Shown piece after piece: positions 13,455 through 24,947 of a stretch of DNA of 64,000 bases. A program made the position numbers and the translations under genes. Origin of the DNA: Octopus sinensis (taxonomy: Eukaryota); contig NC_043017.1 in NCBI RefSeq assembly GCF_006345805.1, forward strand, positions 9,610,001 through 9,674,000, written 5' to 3'. Every line of letters begins with the position of its first letter. Within the stretch, counting starts at the first letter, position 1. The notes under the pieces are model-generated. The model was not told where the DNA came from. It did no database searches and worked only from the letters and a program-made list of their open reading frames with translations.

Positions 13455-13690
13455 GCCAACTTGTTTGACATTGTTGTCATCGCCATCATTGTCATGTACC
13501 GTAGGACTGTAGTGTATCGATGACATTGCAACGAAAGTCTTCTTGATTAAGTTTGAGCTCTCCAACTGCTTTGTCACTTTTGTCCGGCCAGTTCTTGCTA
13601 TTGTCCAGCTATTGCGTCCTTTGCCTGCCTCTTCATCTAATGCCCTTTATTCTTCCTTCCATCTTGATGTTTTCCACATCTGAGCATAAT
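13455..13690 (-). mobile_element. RTE LINE ORF2 C-terminus and 3' end (degenerate)
   Basis: The minus strand resembles the RTE motif G-K-I-E-G-R-x-x-RGRQR-x-x-WLDN and ends in (GAT/GAC) repeats. Confidence 0.6.
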
Positions 13691-13749
13691 AGAATATGGC
13701 CATAATACAAAGTTCAGCTCACCAAGATACTCTCACAGAGTCTGACCAA

Positions 13750-14105
13750 ATGAGGGTATTTCTCAACATCTTCTCCCTTGCGATCCACACACTTCTTCCA
13801 TTGGTATTGCAGTGCTTGGATCCTATTGCCGAAGAAGCCTTCATCTTGTTGCTCAAAAAATTCAGCAGCAGATATGACTTCATAATCACTGCGTTACTGT
13901 TTCTCAGCCAAGAATTTTTTTTATGTTGGGGAACAGATGATAGTCAGATGGGGCCAAATTAGGAGAATAAGGACAGTGATCAGCCAGTTCAAAACCACAC
14001 TTATATACCACAGCCATTGAAACAAAGGACTTGTGTGCTGAAGCATTGTCCTGATGAAACAAGACCCTTTTTGTCAGTTTTCCTGTGCGTTTGGTCTTGA
14101 TAGCC
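13750..14105 (-). mobile_element. Mariner transposase C-terminal fragment
   Basis: Minus-strand KRVLFHQDNASAHKS...HCPYSPNLAPSDYHLFPNIKK...WKKCVDRKGEDVEK. Confidence 0.92.
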
Positions 14106-14609
14106 TTTCGTAACAGCTGACAATTTTGCTGCTATTTCTAGTACGTAGAGAAACGATGTATCGGTTTCGACTTCGTTGTATATGCTGATCTCCATGACCA
14201 CGTCAGCATTGACGCTTTTCGATTGGGTAAAATTGCATAACACCAAATACTTTTACTAATTAATTCTTAGAATAAATAAATGAATGCAACGTTCGTCATA
14301 ATTACATCTTTTGGAGGCAACGTTCGTCAGAATTACATTTTTAAAAAAAATAATCAGGGAAAAATTTGAAAAACTTCAAGAGGTCGGATGAAAATGACAA
14401 GATCTCTCCCTTCTTATCAGCAAGCCAAGTCTATAACCACAATATAATCACAATTATCACGCTCTTGTTTAAGATCGATGAGAAAATTTAAGAAACAAAG
14501 CGAAGAGAACAGTTAAAGGTTAAAGGGAGATAACTCTAAAACTTATATTTGGGATGGCTTTTTTTCCCCTTCTTTTCTTGGCAAAGAAGCACACGCACTA
14601 TATATTTAT

Positions 14610-14764
14610 TTATTCTTTCTTTTATTCTTTTACTTGTTTCAGTCATTTGACTGTGGCCATGCTGGAGCACCGCCTTTAGTCGAGCAAATCGACCCTGGGA
14701 CTTATTCTTTGTAAGTCCAATACTTATTCTTTCGGTCTCTTATGCCAAACCGCTAAGTGACGGT

Positions 14765-14765
<1 letters not shown>
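14610..14765 (-). mobile_element. SINE family A, 3' half
   Basis: Tail block CAGTCATTTGACTGTGGCCATGCTGGAGCACCGCC. Confidence 0.85.
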
Positions 14766-14814
<49 letters not shown>

Positions 14815-14825
14815 ATTATTATTTT

Positions 14826-14950
14826 ATCTTATGTCCATTGTTTGGAAATCTTTCGTCACACACCAGTGACCTCTTCAGCGACTCTTTCATCCCGCGTGTC
14901 TTTTACTATTCTCTAAAACTTGTTTAAACATTATTTCAAGACCAATGTAA
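14826..14950 (-). mobile_element. Penelope-like element end with a hammerhead-like motif
   Basis: CTGAAGAG-GTCAC-TGGTGT-GTGAC-GAAAGATTTC; homologous to 61365-61510. Confidence 0.55.
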
Positions 14951-15537
14951 ATAAGCACCGCGAGAACTTTTTTTATGCTGCTCTAAAGAAGTCCAAATGA
15001 ATTAATAGTTAATATTTTCAGGCGACGAGTTCGCAAAATCGTTAGCACGCCGAAAAAAACGTTTAACAGCATTTCGTCCGTCTTTACTCCGCCCCGGGCG
15101 ACACTTTTTATGGTGAGAAATAATGGCATTTTTGGATCTGAACCTGTATATAGGGCACACGCGCCGGTAGTAGGAGGCACCGCAAAGCTCAACTATTCAG
15201 CGCGGCACACACACTCTATGCCACTGGATGTGTCCTTATTTTATTTAAGACGGTAATTTTTGCTTTCAGGGAGATTTAGCTGCTATTTTCAGTAGCGTGT
15301 GTGACCACGTAGAGGTTCCTATGTGCTAACATTAACTCGTAATGGATATAGGGGCAGTAGTTTAATAGTTTGGACATAGAGCATTTTCTGCTACCGTCCA
15401 TCTTATTCCTGTACATCTACATATTCGGATGGTAGTTACAGAGGAAGTCAATGTGGTGGGCTCGGCCAGAACGCGGCAGATTTTGCTCCACTTCATTTAC
15501 TGTTCGTGACATGCATCCCATCACGATACTGTACTTG

Positions 15538-15770
15538 CAGGCGAGCTGGCAGAACCGTTAGCACGCCGGGTGAAATGCTTAGTGGTATTTCGTCTGCCGC
15601 TACGTTCTGAGTTCAAATTCCGCCGAGGTCGACTTTGCCTTTCATCCTTTCGGGGTCGATTAAATAAGTACCAGTTACGCACTGGGGTCGATATAATCGA
15701 CTTAATCCATTTCTCTATCCTTGTTTGTCCTCTCTGTGATTAGCTCCTTGTGGGTAGTAAAGAAATAGAT
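15538..15770 (+). mobile_element. SINE family B, full monomer
   Basis: GGCGAGCTGGCAGAA...GAGTTCAAATTCCGCCGAGGTCGACTTTGCCTTTCATCCTTTCGGGGTCG...GTAAAGAAATA. Confidence 0.88.
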
Positions 15771-16130
15771 AATTAAGTGATGGCAGAAGAATACGCCAAA
15801 TAAAGATTCTAATGATTTTGAGGTGCACAAGAGGGCGGGGTGGGGGGAAACCAATAATGCTTACTTATCAATGTTCTTTTAAAATATACTGATCGAGTTA
15901 TCTCCTGCTCCGAGATAATGAGTGATCGAGTTATCACTCGTGAAATAGTCTAACGAAAACAGAAAAATCGGTAGGAAAAGTTTAAGAGTCTTAATTTTCA
16001 CCTTTAATTGTCATACGGGCGAATTGGTGATTGGATAGATGGTTAGTCATGGAAGGTATAGTCATGCGGGTTCAGTCGCTAGGTCAATCACACAAGGCAG
16101 TGAAGGCAGTTGTTAAAACTTGTCCTTCAT

Positions 16131-16524
16131 GGGATCTTTTCGGTTTGAACGGCAGTTTTTTCTAGCGGTATCACCCATAATTATGACCATAGTATCGATC
16201 TATTGCATTTCAATCTCGGCTAGGGTTAGAGGAAGGGTATCTTTTTTTTTTCACAAATGTAAATAAACCCAATCTGTTTCTTAAACGAGGGACATATTCA
16301 TACGGCACAGAATGTTTTTTTACGTCAATAGACGTCATTGATTGGTTGAAATTGCAGAAATTGAAGAAAAAAACAACAAATATCTTACAAACCATAGAAT
16401 TTTCTCAATAAAGCCAAGAGAAAAAGATATTTTATAAACACATTCTACCAGTATACGAAGTTTAAAAGTGTTTAGTTAGGTGGAAATTATTTTTAAAAAC
16501 TGCCGGTCAAACCGAAAAGATCCC
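16131..16524. mobile_element. MITE with 30-bp TIRs
   Basis: GGGATCTTTTCGGTTTGAACGGCAGTTTTT at 16131 and AAAAACTGCCGGTCAAACCGAAAAGATCCC ending at 16524; CTTCAT flanks both sides. Confidence 0.9.
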
Positions 16525-16832
16525 CTTCATGTATTTGTCAATGGCATTAACCGCACTGTGTAATTTCTCTTATGTAAATAACTAAGGCTATAAATGTGCT
16601 CTACTATTTTTTGTATTGAGATAAGATCAGACAGTTGCTGTGTTGATGATAGCTACTGAGACAGAAACACGTACCCTCAGCTCTTATCTCCCTGAAACTG
16701 TGTGTGTGTTTGTATGTGAGTATATAGGAGAGGGTGGACACACGAAAAAGGTATTCCAGAAGGATCCGGGCCCCCGTCAGGCCTGCGAAACTTGAACACG
16801 GAACCAAATACGAAGTAGCTTATAACCAAATG

Positions 16833-16868
<36 letters not shown>

Positions 16869-17322
16869 CATTTGGTTATGTGCTATATATATATATATAT
16901 ATCTGTGTATGTGTGTGTGTATAAATATATACACACACACACACACGCACAATCATACACACCCGTGTAGATATAGAGAAAGAAAGAGAGACAGATAGAC
17001 AAACAGGCAGTTAGATACATACATACATACATACATACACACACACATACATACACACATACATAGATACATACATACATGCGTGTATATATGTATATAT
17101 ATATATATATACAGATACACAGTGAGAAGGTGCGACATTGAAAAAGACAAAAAGAAAAGAATACAAATAATATATTCATATTGTTTTGATGTTTCTGTTG
17201 CTTAACTGCTAAGCTTTGTGTGTTTGCGTGCGTGCGTACATGTGTGTGTGTGAGTGCGTATTTGTATACATATATGTGTGTGTGTGTGTATGTGTGAATA
17301 TATTCATGCAATATATGTTTGT

Positions 17323-17358
<36 letters not shown>

Positions 17359-17649
17359 ATATATATATATATATGTATATGCATTTTGTGTATGTGAGTG
17401 CGAGCGCAGATTGTGAAGCAGATGAGGTCGGGTGGGAGGGGAGGGGGTTGATAGAAGAGGAGATAAAGTAGGTAAGTGTTATAAAGTGACTCTGTCGACA
17501 TCAAAGGATGCCAGCCAAACTACCTTGCTCCTCCACCGCCTCCTCCTCTGTACCATCGTCATCACCGCCACCACCATCTTCAGTCAACAATGTAACCTCC
17601 ATCTCCCATCATCACAACCGCTACCTCCATCTCACCACACGCCTATGCT

Positions 17650-17652
17650 CTA

Positions 17653-17684
<32 letters not shown>

Positions 17685-18591
17685 ACACACACATCACACA
17701 CACACACATACACACACACACATACACACACACACACACACACATACACACACACATACACACACACGCACACATGCACACAGACACACACACACACATA
17801 CACACACACACATACACACCACACACACATACACACACACACATACACACACACACACACACCCTGTCTACCCAGCAAAGACAACTCCCTACCCGTTGCT
17901 TTCCTCTCTATATAATCGCAACACCTGTCACACTCACACGCCGATACACACACACACGCACACACACAGACACATGCACACACACACACACACACAGACA
18001 CATGCACGCACACACACACACACAAACACACACACGTAGACACACACAGACACATGCACACACACACACACACACAGACACATGCACGCACACACACACA
18101 CACAAACACACACACGTAGACACACACAGACACATGCACACACACACACACGCACAGACACATGCACACACACACACATACACACGCACACGCACACACA
18201 CACACATGCACACACAGACCCGCACATACACCCGCAGACGTACATACACAGGTGCATGTACCCACGCACCCAGAAACACGCACACACATGCACCCATGGA
18301 GCACCGCTCTCATCTCTCTTCCTCTCTCTCTTACCCCCACCCTCTCTCTCATTATCATACATTCTCTCTATCCCCCCTTCTCACTCTCACTCCCTCTGTC
18401 TCACTTATCACTCTATCGCTTTCTCACTTTAGCACATTCATTCTCTCTCTCCTTCCCTTCCTCCCTCTCTCTCTCTCTCCCTCTGTTTCAGTATCACTCA
18501 TTCTCTCTCTCCCTCTCTCTCTCTTTCTCACACACTCCCTCTCTCTCTCTCTTTCATATCACATTCTTTGACTCTATCATACACTCTATCA

Positions 18592-18632
<41 letters not shown>

Positions 18633-18885
18633 GCACACACACACGTCACATACCCACCACCCGACCACCCGACAAACACTAAATGCCCTGATTTTTCTAA
18701 TGTAAATAAACACAGTCACTCATATATCGCGAAGATGAAGAAAAGAGCCAGATGAGGCCGGCTGTCTCTCTGCCTCACCTCCAAGTGACATGTACTCATG
18801 TACTCTCTCTTCTTCTCTCTCTCTCTCTCTTCTCTCTCTCCTTCTCTTTCTTTCTCTCTTTCTCTCCCTCTCTTATACGTTTATA

Positions 18886-18919
<34 letters not shown>

Positions 18920-18965
18920 CATACATACATACATACATACATGCATACATACATACATACATACA

Positions 18966-18997
<32 letters not shown>

Positions 18998-19284
18998 CTA
19001 TTTATACATATACATGCACGTGTAAGCAAACGCGCGCGCACACACGCACACATACACATGGATTTTACTACGTACATATATGTGAATATATCTGTGCATG
19101 TGTATATACATACATGCATATATATATATATATATATACACATACATAAATACATACATAAATACATATATATATATGATTATCAATTTATATAATATAT
19201 ATATATATATATATATTAACAAATATAAATATATACATACATACATACATATATATGTGTGTGGTGTATGTGTGTGTGTGTTAC

Positions 19285-19338
<54 letters not shown>

Positions 19339-19399
19339 GAGAGAGAGAGAGAGAGAGAGAGATTGGGTTACATTGATAACCCCTATCTTACTTTGTACC

Positions 19400-19430
<31 letters not shown>
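17650..19430. repeat. (CA)n, (CT)n, (ACAT)n and (TA)n microsatellite field
   Basis: Directly visible. Confidence 0.95.
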
Positions 19431-19431
<1 letters not shown>

Positions 19432-20040
19432 ATATTAATATATATATATAATATATTATATATATATGTATATAAAAATTTATTAATAAATAAATGTTAA
19501 CCAGTAACTCTCCATATTCTTCTCTTAATCTAATACGGATTATATGTATATATGTATATATACATATATATATACAGACGGACATGCGTGCGCGTATATA
19601 TATATTTGTACCCACAGTATTTTTGTGTGTCTGAATAGGTGTATGTCCGTGTATGCATGACTGTATCTACGTCTCTATATGTAACTGTGAAGCACTGTTT
19701 GTGTATGTATGTATGTGTGTAGGAGGGATGGTGAGTTTGTATGCGCGCGCGTGTTGTGCGCTTCATGTACTTGTGTAAAATACGCGACTGAAATATCGTT
19801 CAACCATTGTGATTTCTGCAGTTTGATGTATATCGAGATCCTGAAATGCCGGCGTGTTCCTTCTACACTGGGTTCAAGATTGTTTCTAGATTAATCTTGG
19901 ATATACGAGCGATTCTACATGAAACTGGTTCATCGACCAGCACTTTTCTTTTGCATTTATTATATATAGTAGACTGTTACCTGTCATATGACGAGCAACT
20001 TCGAAAGTCGGCTTCTGTCACCGTTGATAATGAAAGATGA

Positions 20041-20605
20041 TGGCGACAAGCTGGCAGAAACGTTAGCACGCCGGGCGAAATGCTTAGAGGTATTTCGTCT
20101 GTCGTTACGTTGTGAGTTCAATTTCCGTCGAGGTCGACTTTGCCTTTCATCCTTTCGGTGGTCAATAAATAAAGTACCAGCTACGCACTGGGGTCGATGT
20201 AATCGACTTAATCCGTTTGTCTGTCCTTGTTTGTCCCCTCTATGTTTAGACCCTTGTGGGTAGTAAAGAAATAGGTGTTTCGACTGTCTTTACGTTCTGA
20301 GTTCAAATTCCACCGAGGTCGACTTTGCCTTTCATCCTTTCGGGGTCGATAAATTAAGTACCAGTTACGCACTGAGGTTGATATAATCGACTTAATCCGT
20401 TTGTCTGTCCTTGTTTGTCCCCTTCTGTGTTTAGCCCCTTGTGGATAGTAAAGAAATAGGTATTTCGACTGTCTTTACGTTCTGAGTTCAAATTCCACCA
20501 AGGTCAACTATGCCTTTCTTCCTTTCGGGGTAAGAAATTAAATACCAGTTGTGTACTGGAGTCGATGTAATCGACGGGCCTTGTGCTTAGAGCAGAAAAG
20601 AATAT
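20041..20605 (+). mobile_element. SINE family B, head-to-tail trimer
   Basis: One full head plus two units of about 190 bp that start after the A box; junctions read AAAGAAATA|GGT(G/A)TTTCG. Confidence 0.88.
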
Positions 20606-21000
20606 TTTATCGAATCGCGATCATATTCTTTAGGGGTCATTTGGCATCGAATGAAGTGACTCTAAGTTTTGCAATTGCTAAATATTCCCTCTACAGCACG
20701 AAGAAATTTGGTGAAAATTATTGTATCTTCTTATACTTGTTCGAAACATGGGACTGTGTCCATGCAGAGGCACCTCCTTGAAGGATTTTAGGTAAAGAAA
20801 TCGATCCCAGAATTTGTGCTTTCTTTACAAATTTGGTACTTATTCCACGGGTTCTTTTGCCGTCGTAAACAAACATTACTGGTTGTCAAGATATGGTGGA
20901 TACATGAGTGGAATACTTTAACCGCTAGGCCATGCGTCCCCGCATACATACATACATACATACATACATACATACATACATACATACATACATACATACG

Positions 21001-21510
21001 TTCCACAGAAGGAAAATATGTTCTGTTGTGGAAATCAGCTGTCCCCTGGGCACCAATGCAACTCGCAAAATGCAAGAGAAAGAGGGCATCTGTGGACCAT
21101 TTCAAATCCAGTGCCCAAGATACAGCTTCAGTTCTGTACCCATTGTTATTGGAACAACCGGGTCACTGGAATAGCTGGCAGGGGAGGCGGCACTTTGGGG
21201 TCTGCTGTAGGGAATATGTGTTTTTTGTGGGGTCCAGAGGCGGCAAACGGAAGGACCTCCCCGGGCGGCACATGCTCTAGCTACGCTAGTGAACAGGCTA
21301 CATACCGACCCGTCTGGAGCAAAGTATGGCTAAACTTGGGTTCTTGTGGAGAGAACACAAATCCTTCACTCATACAATATTTGGAACTATAAAGATCTGC
21401 AAGATATTTTTAAGATTTAAAGGTTGATGATCACAACAAGATACTTTCCTTCACAATCTGGCTATCAAGGTTATGGCCGGTCAGAATTTATTCTAGATTA
21501 AAAAAAGAAA
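21001..21510 (+). mobile_element. 5'-truncated RLE-type (R4-like) LINE, interrupted by a MITE
   Basis: KICSVVEISCPLGTN...EKEG...VPIVIGTTG, then the MITE, then YIPTRLEQSMAKLGF...GTIKICKIFLRF; A-rich tail AAAAAAAGAAAGAG. Confidence 0.8.
21164..21291 (-). mobile_element. hAT-type MITE (CACTAGCGTAGCTAG TIR family)
   Basis: TIRs CACTGGAATAGCTGG and CTAGCTACGCTAGTG; 8-bp TSD-like flanks AACCGGGT and AACAGGCT; homologues at 27940 and 37048. Confidence 0.8.
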
Positions 21511-21514
21511 GAGT

Positions 21515-22142
21515 ACCTACCTACTTACCTACCTACCTACCTAGCTACCTACCTACCTACCTACTACCTACCTACCTACCTACCTAACTACTACCTACCT
21601 ACCTACATACTTACCTACCAACCTACCTACTTACCTACCTACCTACCTAGCTACCTACCTACGTACCTACCTACTTACCTACCAACCTACCTATTTACCT
21701 ACCTACCTACCTACCTACCTACCTACCTACCTACCTACCTACATATCTACCTACCTATTTACCTACCTATATATTTACCTACCTACCTACATACATACCT
21801 ACCTTCCTACCTACTTACCCACTTACCTACCTACCTACCTACCTACCTACCTACCTAACCACCTATTTACCTACCTACCTATTTACCTACCTACCTACAT
21901 ACATACCTACCTTCCTACCTACTTACCTACCTACCTACCTACCTACCTACCTATTTACCTACATACCTACCTATTTACCTACCTACCTACATACATACCT
22001 ACCTTCCTACCTACTTACCTGCTTACCTACCTACCTTCCTACCTACCTACCCAACCACCTACTTACCTACCTACTTACCTACCCACCCGCCTACACACAT
22101 ACATACATACATACATACATACATACATACATACATACATAC
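21515..22142. repeat. (ACCT)n tract of about 575 bp grading into (ACAT)n
   Basis: Directly visible. Confidence 0.95.
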
Positions 22143-22209
22143 GTAAAAAAAAAAAATCCATCCATCCGACCATCCGTCCAACTATTCAAACAAACAAGCA
22201 ATAATTGTA

Positions 22210-22480
22210 GTTTCTGCGAATAATTACCAAAGTGTTTGGCTACGTGATGACTGCTTCGACACGAATCTTGAGAAGCTGAGATTCACAAAACCAGAAAGAA
22301 CACGCCTAATCAGAAGATTACACTTACAAACTGTCAAAGGAACTTTCGTAAAATGTAAGACATTCGTCAAGTTTCGTTGGTAATAAGATCCACGTTAATC
22401 ATATCCGTGGCGTCTGCACGCATGTGTGCGTGTGCACAACATACGTCGTATATGCGTCTACGTGTACAGAAATACATGCA
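22210..22480 (+). mobile_element. RLE-type LINE 3' fragment
   Basis: FGYV...NLEKLRFTKPERTRLIRRLHLQTVKGTFVKCKTFVKF*, homologous to the C-termini at about 21350 and 26880. Confidence 0.65.
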
Positions 22481-22987
22481 TTCATAATATATATATATAT
22501 ATATAATATATATATATATTATATATATTATATATATATATAACATACACTCATACATACATACATGCATACATACATACATACATACATATATAATACA
22601 TACATACATTCATACTTACATACATACACACACACATATATAATACATACATACATACATTCATACTTACATACATACATCCATACATATCTACGTACGC
22701 ACAGGCACACATACATACATACATACATTCACATATACCTTCAAACATAGAAACACGTACAAAGACACATGCTTACACAAACACATATACATACATGCAG
22801 GTATACTTGCACGCGCGCACACACATGTACACAAATGCGCCCGACCGGCGTTATGCACCTTTTCCACTTACCAAATTTTACTGAACTGTCGACACCCCCT
22901 TTGCCATTCTTTCTTTTTGAGGTCGATAAAATGAAATACCAGTCATATACGGAGGTCGATTGAATGCCAAGCTAAGATTTAACTCTC

Positions 22988-23388
22988 TCTCTTTTACTCT
23001 TTTACTTGTTTCAGTCATTTTGACTGCAGCCATGCTGGAGCACCGCCTTTAGTCGAGCAAATCGACCCCGAGACTTATTCTTTGTAAGCCCAGTACTTAT
23101 TCTATCGGTCTCTTTTGCCGAACCGCTAAGTGACGGGGATGTAAACACACCAGCATCGGTTGTCAAGCAATGCTAGGAGGACAAACACAGACACACACAT
23201 ACATATACATATATATACATATATACGACAGGCTTCTTTCAGTTTCCGTCTACCAAATCCACTCACAAGGCACTGGTCACCCCGGGGCTATAGCAGAAGA
23301 CACTTGCCCAAGATGCCACGCAGTGGGACTGAACCCGGAACCATGTGGTTTGTAAGCAAGCTACTTACCACACAGCCACTCCTGCGCC
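22988..23388 (-). mobile_element. SINE family A, full length
   Basis: Head AGGCGCAGGAGTGGCTGTGTGG through to the (GTAAAAGA)n tail. Confidence 0.9.
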
Positions 23389-23689
23389 TACTGTTATATT
23401 TATCAGTAACTTTTCTCTTAATCTCTGTCCCACCCCATCCCCAACTGACGAAGAGCTCCTGGACTGCAGTCCGTCAATACCATGTCTTAATCTGGCACCA
23501 AGCTTTAATCCGGTACCGAATGGATTTAATATTCCAACAAGAGCACTCAGAGAGCGCAAACCTCCGCCAAGGCAACATCAACGTCCTCTCAATGATTAGC
23601 AAGAGATGATTTTTAAAATGAGAATATCTGAAAAAAAAACTCGACTTCTCTCACAAATGAGAATACTAAAAATGAACCCGACAGCTCTC

Positions 23690-23910
23690 AAAAATTAAGT
23701 ATACAAAAAAAAAAACAGAAAATAATCCAGAATCCTTGTCCGGTACTGGATCGATCCCAAAATCTAATCAGTTGGTGCCAGTCACGAGGCCAAACATCCC
23801 TGAAAGTTTCATCCAAATCCATCCAGCAGTTTTTGAGATATCTTGTCCATGGACAAACAAACAAACATGACTGCAAACAATACCTCTGCCTTCGCTATGG
23901 CGGAGGTAAT
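23690..23910 (+). mobile_element. Non-autonomous Helitron-like element fragment
   Basis: AAAGTTTCATCCAAATCCATCCAGCAGTTTTTGAGATAT...ACAAACAAAC with terminal hairpin TACCTCTGCC-TTCGCTAT-GGCGGAGGTA. Confidence 0.5.
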
Positions 23911-24021
23911 AGAGTATTCTAAATATGAATGGGATTATAATGCGAGACCCTTCAAATCATATTCTTCCGCTTAAACAAGTAAGGACCTAGGGCTGTATTA
24001 AGACTCATCGAGGCTCTAAGC

Positions 24022-24222
24022 CAGTGGTTTTCAACCAGGGTTCCGCCAGTACAGTCTAGGGGTTCCGCAAGAAGTTACAAAGCTGCTAAAATCGGCAGTA
24101 ATTTTTAATTCTTCTGTGCTGATATGAGTGCATAAGACTATTAAATCATTGCACAGGGGTTCCTCGAGCCAGTGGAATGTTTCCTTGGGGTTCCGCTCCA
24201 GCAAAAAGTTTGAAAAGCACTG
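24022..24222. mobile_element. hAT (Charlie-like) MITE with a perfect 8-bp TSD
   Basis: CAGTGGTTTTCAACC...TTTGAAAAGCACTG; CTCTAAGC at 24014-24021 and 24223-24230. Confidence 0.92.
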
Positions 24223-24521
24223 CTCTAAGCGCTTAAAAAATTTTGGTGACCCCCCCCCACATATATAAGTAATTTGAAATATAAACAATAATAAACCATA
24301 AAATAAATTTTTAGTTTACAAAATGAAACAAAACTAACAGCAAGAGGGAAAATAATGTTTATTTTTTGTATACTTCATTTTATATTTGAAAAGTTTTCCT
24401 TTTTTTTTAATTGCAAAATCTTTGATCAGATCCTTACTGTGACACCATGAACACTTCGAAATTAAATTTCTGATCATATTAACCACTCTGGATATTATTT
24501 TTGTAAGTTTAAATCGATTTC

Positions 24522-24885
24522 TGATACTTTTTTGTTATCTCACCCCCATTAAAAAACAGGGTTACCTCCCCACTACAAAATTGAGCTTGTGGCGACAAGA
24601 GATTGGATTAAAAGATTTAAGTCCTTTTGATTCAATTCTTCAACAAATTGTTAACGTTTGGCCTCCTTAATAGATAGACATTGTATGATTTGTTATAAAA
24701 ATGTTATCAGATTCAATAAGACGTTTAATTTTTTCAGTTTTCATGTTTATTAATTTTTCCTTCTTTTTATTGACGGTTAAACAATTTGTTTAGTTGAGGG
24801 AGCTGACCAAAAGTACCAATATTTCTTGTAAAACGGGGGAGATGACCCAATTTTTTAATGGGGGTGAGATAACCAAAAAGTACCC
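24522..24885. mobile_element. MITE with TIRs of about 33 bp
   Basis: TACTTTTTTGTTATCTCACCCCCATTAAAAAA and TTTTTTAATGGGGGTGAGATAACCAAAAAGTA; no clear TSD. Confidence 0.8.
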
Positions 24886-24947
24886 GACATGGCGATCATA
24901 ACTGGTAGTTCTTTGCTCAGGTCTGGTCGATCAAATTAAATAACAAC

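Noticed and set aside
15867-15949. Minus-strand exon-like segment (TTTTCGTTAG...GATAA|GTAAGC)
   Set aside because: The peptide is unrecognisable and contains an internal direct repeat. Splice signals of this strength occur by chance in AT-rich DNA.
17508-17650. Ser/Pro/His-rich ORF start MPAKLPCSSTASSS...
   Set aside because: It derives from degenerate (CCA/CCT/TCA) repeats and runs into (CA)n; there are no splice or homology cues.
19821-20040. 72-codon frame after TTTCTGCAG (FDVYRDPEMPACSF...)
   Set aside because: No recognisable motif and no donor; the length is within chance expectation for a 64-kb window.
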